NCBI GenBank assembly: GCA_043809315.1
Contig: JAZDDX010000039.1
Coordinates: forward strand, 43,918-107,917
DNA length: 64,000 nt
Origin: Pseudomonadota bacterium
Lineage (GTDB): Bacteria; Bdellovibrionota_G; JALEGL01; DATDPG01
Reading direction: 5' to 3'
Of this stretch, positions 38,307 to 48,271 are shown one piece after another (the stretch's first letter is position 1; every line of letters begins with the position of its first letter). A program made the translations under genes and the position numbers. The notes under the pieces were generated by a model. The model had not been told where the DNA came from and made no database searches. It was given only the letters and a program-made list of their open reading frames with translations.

Positions 38307-40577
38307 TCAGTCCCTCTTCAAGATCTCCGCGCCGATCGCGATCTGCCCCAGCGAAATCCCGCCGTCGTTCGGCGGAACACGCTGGTGCCAGTAACATCGA
38401 AACCCTTTCGCGCCGAGCCGCGCGATCGCCCGTTCGGTCAAACGGCGGTTCTGGAAGCAACCGCCGGAGAGCACCACCCGCTCGATCGCGGTTTCTTTCG
38501 CCATCCGGACGATCGTTTCCACAAGCGAATTGTGAAACGCGGCCGCAATCTCCCCGGTGGGTCGTTTCTCCTGCCAATCCCCCAGGACCCCTCTCACGAT
38601 CCCCGCCCAATCGACGACGACCGGCTGTTCTGCCTTTCGAATCAGTTCAAATGGATACGAACGATCGGTCTCCAGGTTCGAAGCGGCAAATTCGAGCTTC
38701 ATCCCTCCTTGCCCTTCGTACCGCGAGCACTGGCACAGTCCCAGGATCGATGAGACGGCGTCAAAGAGGCGCCCGGCCCCCGACGTCAATGGAGAATTTA
38801 GATTCTTCACGAGCATCTTCTGCAGAACATCGATCTCCTGCGCGGAAAATGCCTCAATGGAAAGAAGTTCGTGATCGTCGAAGACACGCTTTCCCAGGAG
38901 TTCGAAGAGAAGACCGAGCGCGATCCGTCTCGGCTCCCGGATCGCCCGCTCACCGCCGGGAAGGGGGAAATAACGGAAATGCCCGGCGCGACGGTATGTG
39001 GCTCCGTCGACCACGAGAAACTCCCCGCCCCAGAGAGCTCCGTCTTCCCCGAGACCCACGCCATCCCAGGCAACGCCGAGGACCTCTCCGGAAAGATCGT
39101 TCTCCGCCATGCAAGAACGGATGTGAGCGTGGTGATGCTGGGCCTCGATCAGACGGATCTCCAATTCGCGCGCCGTTCGGCTGGAGGCATAGTCGGGATG
39201 GCAGTCGGTGACGACTGCTTCCGGTTGGATTTCGTACAACTCCGGAAAATCGGAAAGCACCTTCTCGAACGCGTCGATCGCCTCGGCATTCTCGAGGTCT
39301 CCGATGTGCTGACTCACGAAGACATCTTTGCCGCGGGAAAAAGCGAGCGTGTTCTTGAGATGGGCTCCGACCGCTACGATCGGCGGCATTTCAACCCTCA
39401 AGGAGATGGGCATCGGCGCATACCCGCGCGCCCGCCGCATCACCGCTTCCCTTCCTCCGATCATTCGCACGATCGAATCGTCAGCGTGCCTGGTAATCGG
39501 ACGGTTGTGAACGAGGAACCCGTCCGCCAGATCGCCAAGCCGGGTAAACGCCTCCTTTTCATCGGTGCAGATCGGCTCCTCGGAACGGTTTCCGCTCGTC
39601 GCAACAACCGGGAAGCCGAGATCGCGGAGAAGTAGATGATGGAGCGGCGTGTACGGGAGCAGAATGCCGAGATACGGATTCTCCGGAGCCACGGATTGCG
39701 CGAGCTTCTCACCATCCTTGGGAAGTAGAACAATCGGCGCTTCGAGGGAGAGAAGCCTGCGTTCTTCGAGTTCGGTCACGTGACAGCAGCGTTTCACCCC
39801 TTCGAGCGACGGGAACATGACCGCCAGCGGTTTTTCCTCGCGGTGTTTCCGCTTTCGGAGCAGCTGGACGGCGGCGTCGTCACGAGCGTCGCAGAGCAGA
39901 TGGAAGCCGCCGAGACCTTTACATGCGATGATCTTACCTTTGCGGATTCCTTCTACGGCTTGACGGAGTGCTGCGTCTCCTGCCTCGACCTCATGCCCGT
40001 TGGGGGTGCAATAGGACAACTGGGGCCCGCACACAGGACAAGCGTTCGGCTGGGCGTGGAACCGTCGGTCGCCCGGATCGTCGTACTCCGCCTGGCAGGC
40101 GAGGCACATCGGGAACGCTTCCATCGTCGTGTTCTTCCGGTCGTACGGCAGGCGACGGATGATCGTGAAGCGCGGACCGCAGTGCGTGCAGTTGGTGAAG
40201 GGGTATCGATACCGGCGATTCGTAGGATCGAGAATTTCGTCGAGACAACCGGAACAGGTGGCGATGTCAGGGAGGATCCAGGCGCTCTTTTCTCCCCCCT
40301 CTTCGCTCGGCCGGACTTCAAACGCTTTGTAACCGGCAGGGTCGAGGAATGATGTTTCGAGGTTGGCGATGACGGAAAGGGACGGCCTCTCTTTGGAAAG
40401 TCGGAGAAGGAATTCGTCGAGCTTCTTCGAATCTCCCTCGATCTCGATCGTGACGCCCCGGGGATTGTTGTTCACCCAACCGGTGAGAGCGAGTTCGTCT
40501 GCTAAGCGGTAGACAAAGGGACGAAAACCGACCCCCTGAACCACCCCTGCAATCTGGATTCGCGCACGGCTCGCCAT
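38307..40577 (-). CDS. hypF: Carbamoyltransferase HypF
   Basis: GVVQGVGFRPF acylphosphatase domain, two CxxC zinc fingers, KGLGGFHL, TSGN, QHHHAH, NDGGISLGQ. Confidence 0.95.
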   Translation of the reverse strand: MASRARIQIAGVVQGVGFRPFVYRLADELALTGWVNNNPRGVTIEIEGDSKKLDEFLLRLSKERPSLSVIANLETSFLDPAGYKAFEVRPSEEGGEKSAWILPDIATCSGCLDEILDPTNRRYRYPFTNCTHCGPRFTIIRRLPYDRKNTTMEAFPMCLACQAEYDDPGDRRFHAQPNACPVCGPQLSYCTPNGHEVEAGDAALRQAVEGIRKGKIIACKGLGGFHLLCDARDDAAVQLLRKRKHREEKPLAVMFPSLEGVKRCCHVTELEERRLLSLEAPIVLLPKDGEKLAQSVAPENPYLGILLPYTPLHHLLLRDLGFPVVATSGNRSEEPICTDEKEAFTRLGDLADGFLVHNRPITRHADDSIVRMIGGREAVMRRARGYAPMPISLRVEMPPIVAVGAHLKNTLAFSRGKDVFVSQHIGDLENAEAIDAFEKVLSDFPELYEIQPEAVVTDCHPDYASSRTARELEIRLIEAQHHHAHIRSCMAENDLSGEVLGVAWDGVGLGEDGALWGGEFLVVDGATYRRAGHFRYFPLPGGERAIREPRRIALGLLFELLGKRVFDDHELLSIEAFSAQEIDVLQKMLVKNLNSPLTSGAGRLFDAVSSILGLCQCSRYEGQGGMKLEFAASNLETDRSYPFELIRKAEQPVVVDWAGIVRGVLGDWQEKRPTGEIAAAFHNSLVETIVRMAKETAIERVVLSGGCFQNRRLTERAIARLGAKGFRCYWHQRVPPNDGGISLGQIAIGAEILKRD

Positions 40578-40608
40578 CGCGCCGGTCTATATCACGAAGG
40601 GGGCCCGA

Positions 40609-41982
40609 TTACACCGGCGCCAGTCGCGCCGTGAAGTGGCGGAGAATCTCCGCCTCCTCCAGGATCTGGAGTCCCCGGATCTTGCCGCGGTTCCGGAATA
40701 CCTCCAGGATCACCTCGATCACGTAATCGACATGGCTCTGCGTGTAGGTCCGCCGCGGGATCGCGAGGCGAACCAGCTCCTGCGCCGCGCAGACCTGTTT
40801 TCCCGTCTTCGGGTCGGTCCTGCCGAACATCAGCGTCCCGATCTCGACCCCCCGAATTCCACCTTCCAGATAGAGTTCGCACGCCAGCGCTTGCGCCGGG
40901 AAACGTTCCGGAGGAATCGCCGAGCAGAACGATTTCGCATCCAGAAAAACCGCGTGCCCTCCCGTCGGCTGAACGATCGGAACCCCGCCCTCCGTCAGAT
41001 GCTTCCCCAAATAAGCGACCGAGGCGATCCGGTACTTCAGATACTCCTCGTCCATCGCCTCCTCCACCCCCTGCGCGATCGCTTCAAGGTCCCTGCCGGC
41101 GAGCCCCCCGTACGTCGGGAACCCTTCCGTCAGAATGAGCAGGTTCCGACAACTCAGCGCGAGACGATCGTCATTGAGCGCCAGCATCCCGCCGATGTTC
41201 GCGATCCCGTCTTTCTTCGCGCTGAACGTGCAGCCGTCGGCCAGGGAGAACATCTCCTTCGCGATCTCCCGGACCGACCTTCCCCCCTGCCCGTTTTCAC
41301 GGATCTTGATGAAGTACGCGTTCTCGGCGAACCGGCAGACATCGAGAAAGAACGGGATCTTGTTCTTCCGACAGAGCGTCGAAACCTCCCGGATGTTCTC
41401 CAGCGAAACCGGCTGTCCCCCCCAAGAGTTGTTCGTGACCGTCAGCATCACCAGGGGAACCTTCGAAAGATCTGTTGTAGCCAGGAACTTCTTGAACTTC
41501 TCGAGGTGCATGTTCCCCTTGAACGGATGCCCGCAGGAGAAATCTTTCGCCTCGTCCATCACGAAATCGAGCGCTTCCGCCTTCCGGTACTCGACGTTCG
41601 CCCTCGTCGTATCGAAGTGCGTGTTGCTCGGGACGATCTCCCCTTCCCGGACCGCCGCCGTGAACAGGATCTTTTCCGCCGCCCGGCCCTGGTGCGCCGG
41701 GATGATGTGTTTGAATCCGGTCAGATCGCGGAAGACTTTTTCGAAGCGGAAGAAGCTTCGTGCGCCGGCGTACGACTCGTCCCCCTCCATCATGCCGGCC
41801 CACTGTTTCGCGCTCATCGCGCCGGTGCCGCTGTCGGTCAGGAGATCGATCGTCACATCCTCGGCATGGATGTTGAAAAGGTTGTATCCGGCTTTCTGAA
41901 GCGCTTTCTCGCGCTCCTCGCGGGAAAGAACCCGGATCGGCTCCACCATCTTGATCCGGAACGGCTCGATGATCGTCTGCAC
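40609..41982 (-). CDS. tnaA: Tryptophanase (PLP beta-eliminating lyase)
   Basis: EPFRIKMVE, DLLTDSGT, GDESYAG, HQGRAAE, SAKKD (PLP Lys), EIG and LRHFTA (tryptophanase-type rather than tyrosine phenol-lyase ERG/LRFFTA); GTG start at 41982. Confidence 0.88.
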   Translation of the reverse strand: MQTIIEPFRIKMVEPIRVLSREEREKALQKAGYNLFNIHAEDVTIDLLTDSGTGAMSAKQWAGMMEGDESYAGARSFFRFEKVFRDLTGFKHIIPAHQGRAAEKILFTAAVREGEIVPSNTHFDTTRANVEYRKAEALDFVMDEAKDFSCGHPFKGNMHLEKFKKFLATTDLSKVPLVMLTVTNNSWGGQPVSLENIREVSTLCRKNKIPFFLDVCRFAENAYFIKIRENGQGGRSVREIAKEMFSLADGCTFSAKKDGIANIGGMLALNDDRLALSCRNLLILTEGFPTYGGLAGRDLEAIAQGVEEAMDEEYLKYRIASVAYLGKHLTEGGVPIVQPTGGHAVFLDAKSFCSAIPPERFPAQALACELYLEGGIRGVEIGTLMFGRTDPKTGKQVCAAQELVRLAIPRRTYTQSHVDYVIEVILEVFRNRGKIRGLQILEEAEILRHFTARLAPV

Positions 41983-42011
41983 GGGGCCCCTTTCTCGGGG
42001 GCGTTTATACC

Positions 42012-42194
42012 TCAGGGCTGGTTCGGATGCACCGGAAGCTTCTCCGGTTCGTCGAGGTCTTTCGAGGTGGTGAGGGAGCTGCAGGAGCCGCACCCCGCGG
42101 GCCCTTTGCGAAGAAAGGTCCGGACGAGGTACCGCGCCAACCAGAAACCGGCGAACGCTGCAATTACAAGGACGATGAGGGTCTGGATCTCCAT
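42012..42194 (-). CDS. FeoB-associated Cys-rich small membrane protein
   Basis: One TM helix then GCGSC; immediately downstream of feoB. Confidence 0.7.
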   Translation of the reverse strand: MEIQTLIVLVIAAFAGFWLARYLVRTFLRKGPAGCGSCSSLTTSKDLDEPEKLPVHPNQP

Positions 42195-42195
42195 C

Positions 42196-44391
42196 TCACC
42201 CTCCAAGATATCGCGCCGTGTGGTAGACGCAAAGGGCGGCCAGATACGCCAGCGCCGTGAGATATACGAACGTCACGATCGGCCACCTCCAGGAGTTGGT
42301 CTCCCGTTTGATCGTCGAAAGGGTCGCGCCGCACTGACAGCAGAGCGCGAAGAAAACCATGATCGAAAACGCCACCGCCAGCGTGAAGACCGGGGAACCA
42401 TCCTCCCGCTTGGCGTGCCGGAGGCCCGAGATCAGCGACCCCTCCTCCTCCGTTTTTCTTGTTTCCGAATTGTAGATCGTCCCGAGCGTCGAGATCACCA
42501 CCTCGCGAGCGGGGAAGGAGGCGATGGCCGCCATCCCGATCTCCCAGTTCCACCCGAGCGGCGCAACCGCCGGTTCGATGAAATGTCCGAGACGGCCGAA
42601 ATAGCTCTGCCGCAAATATTGGGAGTTCTCCTCCCTCTGAAGGTTCTCCTTGTTCACCGCGTTCGCCATCGTGCGCGCCCTCTCGAACCGATCATGGATC
42701 TGCGCCGGATGCGGAAAGTACGAGAGGGTCCAGACGACGATCGTCATCGCGAGGATGATCGTTCCGGCCGTCCCGACGAACTCCCGGACACTCGAGTAGA
42801 TCCGTAAGAGAACCGTCTTCCGTGTCGGCCACTTGTACGAAGGAAGCTCCATGAAGAACGGCGTCGGCGGGCTCTTGAGGAGCGTCCGGTTCAAGAGCCA
42901 GAGCGTCGGCACCGCGACCACGACCCCCGCCAGATGCATGGCGAAGAGAACGAGCCCCTGCAGACCGATCCACCCCCCGAGATACCGATTCGGCGGGATA
43001 AACGCGCCGATAAAAAGGACGTAAACCGGAAGACGGGCCGAGCAGCTGATCAACGGGGAAACCAGGATCGTCGCGAACCGCTGCTTGCGGTTTTCGATCA
43101 CGCGCGTCGCCATGATCCCTGGGACGGCGCAAGCGAAGCAGGAGATGAGGGGGATCACCGACCGGCCGGTCAAACCCACGAAGCGGAACAGTCGATCGGT
43201 AAGAAAAGCGGCGCGCGACATGTATCCGCAATCTTCTAGGACCGCCATGAAGCCGAAGAGGATCGCGATCTGCGGGAGAAATGCCAGAACGCTCCCGACC
43301 CCACCGATCACCCCGTCCGTCAGAAGGGATTGAAGAGGACCTGCCGGAATCCATCGCCCCACCCAGGCGGAGAGTTCGTTGAACAAGGCTCCGATTCCAT
43401 TCATCAGAGGAGCGGCCCAGGCGTAGATCGATTGGAAAACGACTCCCAGAATGACGAGAAGAGAGAGCGATCCCCACACCCGGTGCGTAACGACCTCATC
43501 GATTCGATCGGTCAGCGTTCGCGCTGCGGTCTGGGGTGCCGATACGGACGCTTCGAGAGCCGAGCGGACCCATCGATACCGTGCTTCCGCTTCGATCTTC
43601 GAAAGGGGGCCGAGCATCGATAGACGCTGACGAGAGGTATCGAGAAGAAGACGAAAACTCTCGCCGTATTGCCGAACCAGCCGGAGTTCCGCATATCCGC
43701 CGTCATCCACAAGAGTCCGAAGGGCTTCGGGCAGAGAGAGTTTCCGCCCCTCGGGACTCTTCATCTTGCGGACGTACTCCGTCAGACCCTCCACCTCCCG
43801 CATGACTTCCAGCGGAAGGCAGAACGTCGGAGGTTCCGGAGTGCGGGTTTTCAGAGCCACTTCGATGGCATCGATCAATCCCTGAATCCCGTCCTTCTTA
43901 TTCGCCTGTGTCGGAACGACCGGGATCCCCATCCGGCGTGAAAGCTCCACGAGATCGATCCGGACCTCCTGTTCTTCGGCGATGTCCGCCATGTTGAGAC
44001 AGGCCACCACCGGAAGTCCGAATTCACGCAGTTGGGAAAGGAGATACAGATTCCGTTCGAGGTTACTCGAATCGAGAATCGCTATGATCAGATCGACCGG
44101 CCGCTCCCCGACCTGCTGCCCGAGAAGGACATCGGTGACGATCATCTCGTCGGGGGAACGTGCCGCGAGGCTGTAGGTTCCCGGGAGATCGATGACGCGG
44201 ACTTTCCCGGATGGGAGTTCGAGGCTCCCCACCTTCCGCTCGACGGTGACGCCGGGGTAGTTCCCCACCTGGAGGGAAAGACCGGTCAGGGAGTTGAAGA
44301 TCGTCGTCTTGCCGGTGTTCGGGTTCCCGACCAGGGCGATCGTCGGAGTCCGGTCGCGGGTCACGAGCTTGATGGGAGAGGTTACGGACAC
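42196..44391 (-). CDS. feoB: Ferrous iron transporter B
   Basis: GNPNTGKT, NYPGVTVE, DLPGTYSL, NMAD, LEDCGYMSR, CSARLP, FFMELPSY. Confidence 0.95.
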   Translation of the reverse strand: MSVTSPIKLVTRDRTPTIALVGNPNTGKTTIFNSLTGLSLQVGNYPGVTVERKVGSLELPSGKVRVIDLPGTYSLAARSPDEMIVTDVLLGQQVGERPVDLIIAILDSSNLERNLYLLSQLREFGLPVVACLNMADIAEEQEVRIDLVELSRRMGIPVVPTQANKKDGIQGLIDAIEVALKTRTPEPPTFCLPLEVMREVEGLTEYVRKMKSPEGRKLSLPEALRTLVDDGGYAELRLVRQYGESFRLLLDTSRQRLSMLGPLSKIEAEARYRWVRSALEASVSAPQTAARTLTDRIDEVVTHRVWGSLSLLVILGVVFQSIYAWAAPLMNGIGALFNELSAWVGRWIPAGPLQSLLTDGVIGGVGSVLAFLPQIAILFGFMAVLEDCGYMSRAAFLTDRLFRFVGLTGRSVIPLISCFACAVPGIMATRVIENRKQRFATILVSPLISCSARLPVYVLFIGAFIPPNRYLGGWIGLQGLVLFAMHLAGVVVAVPTLWLLNRTLLKSPPTPFFMELPSYKWPTRKTVLLRIYSSVREFVGTAGTIILAMTIVVWTLSYFPHPAQIHDRFERARTMANAVNKENLQREENSQYLRQSYFGRLGHFIEPAVAPLGWNWEIGMAAIASFPAREVVISTLGTIYNSETRKTEEEGSLISGLRHAKREDGSPVFTLAVAFSIMVFFALCCQCGATLSTIKRETNSWRWPIVTFVYLTALAYLAALCVYHTARYLGG

Positions 44392-44621
44392 AACTCCACT
44401 TCGACATGTTCAGCGTCCGCCTTCCGAAGCGAAAGGCGGTACCGCCCCACACGGATCTCCATCGGGTCCCCCAACGGCGCGAACCTCACCACTTCGATGA
44501 CCGATCCTTGGACCAGCCCCATCTCCATGAGCCTCTGCCCGATGCCGTTGGTGAAACCGACGTCAACGATTCTGCATCGTTGTTTCGGCGCGACTCGATT
44601 CAGTGTGGTGCGTTCGGTCAA
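44382..44621 (-). CDS. feoA: Ferrous iron transport protein A
   Basis: RLMEMGL..G..VRFAPLGDP..LSLRK. Confidence 0.9.
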   Translation of the reverse strand: MTERTTLNRVAPKQRCRIVDVGFTNGIGQRLMEMGLVQGSVIEVVRFAPLGDPMEIRVGRYRLSLRKADAEHVEVELCP

Positions 44622-44687
44622 TTCTCACCCATCTTCAAGAGCCAGCACTTATGTCACACCTCGCGTTTAGGTTTCAACCGGTCGGAT

Positions 44688-46706
44688 CTACTTTTCCGGA
44701 AGGACCATCGGGAGGATCACGAACGGCAGGCCGGAGAAGCGGAGCTGCCTCTGGATCGCGTAGGCCGTCTGGTTGTGGAGCAGCGGCTCGTACCATTTCG
44801 GTTTCCCGAATACCAACTCCCCGGCAAAAAACGTTACGTTCCGGAGATCTTTTCCGATGTCGAGGCAGAGTTCGGATGCGGTCCGGACGACGTCGGCGCC
44901 GGAGGTCACGTAGCTCTTGGCCGGCAGCCCGATCCGGGCCGCGAGGTCGACGTACTTGTCGAGGTTCTCCTTCGTCCTTTGTTCCACAAGCTCGGCATGC
45001 CCCCGTTTCAGGAACTCCGAATCGATCACGCCGACCGACATGAAGACGACATTCGAGAACGTGTGGGGAAACCGTTTCAGGATCCCGAAGAGATTCCGGA
45101 TGCCGAGTTGATTGTATCCGCCGACCAGGATGGCGGCGGTCGGTTTCAACGGATCGAACGACGGGAGGGGGTTGGTCCGGGCCCGATCGAACCAGGTCTG
45201 GATCTCGGCATCCTCCCGGAACTCCCGCGTCGACCCCGCGATCCGTTTCCCGACCGTCCGGTAGTGTTTCCGGATCGCGACACAGGCGGCGATCAACGCC
45301 CCCGTAACGAGGATCGTAGCCCACGCCCCATGGAAGAACTTCTCGAGAATCATCACCCAGAGGATCGAGAAACAGAGGATAAAACCGACGACATGAACCG
45401 ACAGGTTCCTCCGCCATTTCGTCGGATGATCGTGCCGGGAGCGGATCCAGAACCAGGCCATCGCCGCCTGCGAGAGCGAGAAGGTCACGAAGACGTTGAT
45501 CGAGTAAAGCACCACGAGGATTCCGATCCGTCCTCGGGTGAGTGCAAGGGCGACGATCGCCGTCAGCCCCATGAGGATCACGCCGTTCTGCATGGAAAAA
45601 CGGTCCGAAAGGTTCGCAAACCGCTTCGGGAACCAAAGATCGACCGCCATGTTGGCCATGACTTGGGGCCCCGCGATAAAACCGGTCTGCGCGGCAAACA
45701 CGAGAAGGATGCTTTCGGAGAAGATTGTTGCCCAGACGAACCACTTCCCCACCTCGAACGGACCGATCTGCCACTGCCCGGCGAATGCGGTGGCAAGAAC
45801 CGTGTTGAGCGTTCTCCCCTCCTCGGGACGGACGCCGAACAGCATGTAGAGGGAGAGAAGTCCGAAGGCGAGAACGGCCAGAGAGAACGCAAGCAACGCC
45901 ATGGTCCTCTTCCCCGTCAAGACTTTCGGCTCCCGCAACGTCCCCACGGAGTTCGAAACCGCTTCGATCCCGGTGTAGGTCCCGGCTCCCATCGAGTAGC
46001 CGCGGAGAAAGATCAAAAACAGGCCCCAGACGCCGACTTGGGCCACGCCGGTGCGAAAGTCTTGGGCCGTCTGATGGACGACGGTCGAGACGTCTCCGAT
46101 GTGCGTTACGAACCCGCCGATGATCAGGACCGCATGAGTAACGAGAAAGAGAAGGAAGAACGGGACGACGATACCGACTGACTCCTTGATCCCCCGTAGG
46201 TTCATCCCTACGAGAAGAATGACCGCCGCATATTCCGCGATCAGCTTGTACGGCTGCCAGGAGATCGGTAAAAGCGAGAAGACGGCGTCTCCGCCGCTGG
46301 CGATCGAGACGGTGATCGTGAAAACATAGTCGACCAGGAGCGCCGAACCGGAAACGACCCCGGCCGGTTTCCCCAGAATCTGCGTTGCGACGACGTAGCC
46401 GCCTCCGCCGTGCGGGAAGTGCTCGATCAGGCGGCTGTACGCGAAGGAGATCACAAAGACGGTGATCGCCGTCGCTAACGCCACGAAGATCGCCAGATAG
46501 GTATGGGTACCGAGCCCCCGGAACGCTTCTTCAGGTCCGTACGCCGAGGAGGTCATCCCATCGACGCCGAGACCGACCCAGGCGAGAAAGACGGCTAACG
46601 ACATCTTGTGCATCAACGACGGATCGTGCGGATCTCGCGGATCACCCAGGACGGCGTGCCAGACTCGCTCCGTCAGCGTCTTTGGAATTTCGTTGGAATG
46701 GTTCAA
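44688..46706 (-). CDS. APC-superfamily transporter, KimA/YdaO-like
   Basis: DGMTSSAYGPEE, GGGGYVVA, LLVDY, NLRGIKES, YTGIEAVSN, multiple TMs plus a cytoplasmic C-domain. Confidence 0.8.
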   Translation of the reverse strand: MNHSNEIPKTLTERVWHAVLGDPRDPHDPSLMHKMSLAVFLAWVGLGVDGMTSSAYGPEEAFRGLGTHTYLAIFVALATAITVFVISFAYSRLIEHFPHGGGGYVVATQILGKPAGVVSGSALLVDYVFTITVSIASGGDAVFSLLPISWQPYKLIAEYAAVILLVGMNLRGIKESVGIVVPFFLLFLVTHAVLIIGGFVTHIGDVSTVVHQTAQDFRTGVAQVGVWGLFLIFLRGYSMGAGTYTGIEAVSNSVGTLREPKVLTGKRTMALLAFSLAVLAFGLLSLYMLFGVRPEEGRTLNTVLATAFAGQWQIGPFEVGKWFVWATIFSESILLVFAAQTGFIAGPQVMANMAVDLWFPKRFANLSDRFSMQNGVILMGLTAIVALALTRGRIGILVVLYSINVFVTFSLSQAAMAWFWIRSRHDHPTKWRRNLSVHVVGFILCFSILWVMILEKFFHGAWATILVTGALIAACVAIRKHYRTVGKRIAGSTREFREDAEIQTWFDRARTNPLPSFDPLKPTAAILVGGYNQLGIRNLFGILKRFPHTFSNVVFMSVGVIDSEFLKRGHAELVEQRTKENLDKYVDLAARIGLPAKSYVTSGADVVRTASELCLDIGKDLRNVTFFAGELVFGKPKWYEPLLHNQTAYAIQRQLRFSGLPFVILPMVLPEK

Positions 46707-46768
46707 CGTGCAGCCCCAGGAAAGCGGGTTTTCTACATTGAAACGGGGAGGTTGTCACACTGCCAGGG

Positions 46769-46798
46769 TTGACGAACCGCCAGGCGAAAGGTTATTAT
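46769..46798 (+). promoter_or_regulatory. Sigma-70-type promoter of the TetR/efflux operon
   Basis: TTGACG-N18-TATTAT followed by an AT-rich stretch up to ATG 46820. Confidence 0.45.
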
Positions 46799-46819
46799 TC
46801 GTCTGGTTAGTTAAATTAT

Positions 46820-47437
46820 ATGGATAAACAAATAACGAGAACCACACTGAAACAGGCGGCAGCCGAACTTTTTGCGGAATACGGCTTCGATGGAACCACC
46901 ACGGAGATGATCGCCCGGCGCGCAGGGGTTAATAAGGCGCTGATCAATTATTACTACCGGTCCAAAAAGGAGCTCCATCTGGAGATCGTCGAAACGATGC
47001 TCTCGTCGCTCCGCGAGCCGTTGGAGGGGCTGAAGAACCTGAACCTCCCGCCTGATGAACAGTTACGACGGTTCATCGAGATCTTCGCCGATCGGCACAA
47101 GGTGTACCCGATGCTCTCGACGATGCTTCTCCGCGAACTTCTTTCCGGCGGCGAACAGATCTCGGAGCGATGCCTGCCGCATTTCCTCTTCATGATGAAG
47201 TATGTTGCGGATCTCCTGGCTCGGGGAATCCGCGAACGGGTTTTCCGGCCGGTCGATCCGTTTCTCACGCACTTGAGCCTCATCGGTACGTTGGTCTTTT
47301 TCTTCGCCACCATGAAGGCGCGAGATCACCTGATCCGTTCGGGGATCCCGGTCACCCCCCCGACCGCCGACCAATATTTGCCGCACATAGCCGAACTTTT
47401 TCTTCGAGGCTTGAAGCCCGATCCGGAGAAACCATGA
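46820..47437 (+). CDS. TetR-family regulator (CecR/YbiH-like)
   Basis: AAAELFAEYGFDGTT..IARRAGVNKALINYYY.SK HTH. Confidence 0.9.
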   Translation: MDKQITRTTLKQAAAELFAEYGFDGTTTEMIARRAGVNKALINYYYRSKKELHLEIVETMLSSLREPLEGLKNLNLPPDEQLRRFIEIFADRHKVYPMLSTMLLRELLSGGEQISERCLPHFLFMMKYVADLLARGIRERVFRPVDPFLTHLSLIGTLVFFFATMKARDHLIRSGIPVTPPTADQYLPHIAELFLRGLKPDPEKP

Positions 47438-48258
47438 AACGACGAACCGCCATCCTGACGTTGATCCTCCTCTCGATGATTCTCCTCGGCTGCTCGAAAG
47501 GGAACCGCGGAGAGATCATCCCCGCCTCCGGGTACATCGAAGCGACCGAAGTTCGCATCGGAACGAAGGTCCCCGGCAAACTCGCTTCCCTCCTGATCGC
47601 GGAGGGGGACGCGGTCCGGAAAGGACAAACGATCGCCCGGATCGATCCCGTCGACCTCCGTCTCGCACTCGACACCGCCAACGCCGAGCGGGCGCAAGCG
47701 AACGCCGACGTCAACGGCGCGGGGACCGACTTGAAGCGGATGCAACAGCTCTTCGACACCGGTTCGGGAACCGCCAAAGCTCGCGATGATGCCAGAACCC
47801 GCTTCGAAGTGGCCTCGGCCCGCCTCGCTTCCGCCAACGCGAAAACCGCTCAGCTCGCGCAGCAGCTGGCCGACACCGCCATTGCGAGCCCTCTCGACGG
47901 GATCATCACCGAGAAACTCGCCGAAGAGGGGGAGCTTCTCTCCCCCGGGGCGACGATCGCCGTCGCCACCGACGTCCGAAACGCATGGTTGACTGCCTAC
48001 GTCGGGGAACCGGACGTTCCCCGGATCCGCCTCGGGCAGGAGGCCGACGTGACGACCGATGCGGCCGGGGTTTCCCGAAAAGGGAAGATCACCTTCGTCT
48101 CGTCGGCGGCGGAGTTCACGCCGAAAAATGTCCAGACCCGGGACGAGCGCGTGAAGCTCGTCTTCAAGATCAAGATCACGATCGACAACCGGGACCTGAC
48201 GTTCAAACCCGGGATGCCGGCACAAGCCAAGATCCCGATTTCGGCCGCGGCAAAATAG
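47434..48258 (+). CDS. HlyD-family periplasmic adaptor (YbhG-like), lipoprotein
   Basis: ATG 47434, LLGC lipobox, ASGYIEA, AEFTPKNVQTRDER. Confidence 0.9.
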   Translation: MKRRTAILTLILLSMILLGCSKGNRGEIIPASGYIEATEVRIGTKVPGKLASLLIAEGDAVRKGQTIARIDPVDLRLALDTANAERAQANADVNGAGTDLKRMQQLFDTGSGTAKARDDARTRFEVASARLASANAKTAQLAQQLADTAIASPLDGIITEKLAEEGELLSPGATIAVATDVRNAWLTAYVGEPDVPRIRLGQEADVTTDAAGVSRKGKITFVSSAAEFTPKNVQTRDERVKLVFKIKITIDNRDLTFKPGMPAQAKIPISAAAK

Positions 48259-48271
48259 CGGTGGAGCGCGA

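Noticed and set aside
40609-41982. Tyrosine phenol-lyase
   Set aside because: SAKKD, EIG and LRHFTA match tryptophanase; tyrosine phenol-lyase has SGKKD, ERG and LRFFTA.
44622-44687. Fur or DtxR box upstream of feoA
   Set aside because: Only a half-site-like TTAGGTT is present, without a convincing palindrome.
46707-46819. c-di-AMP (ydaO) riboswitch upstream of the KimA-like gene
   Set aside because: The 113-bp divergent gap is short, holds the tetR promoter and shows no recognisable riboswitch consensus.
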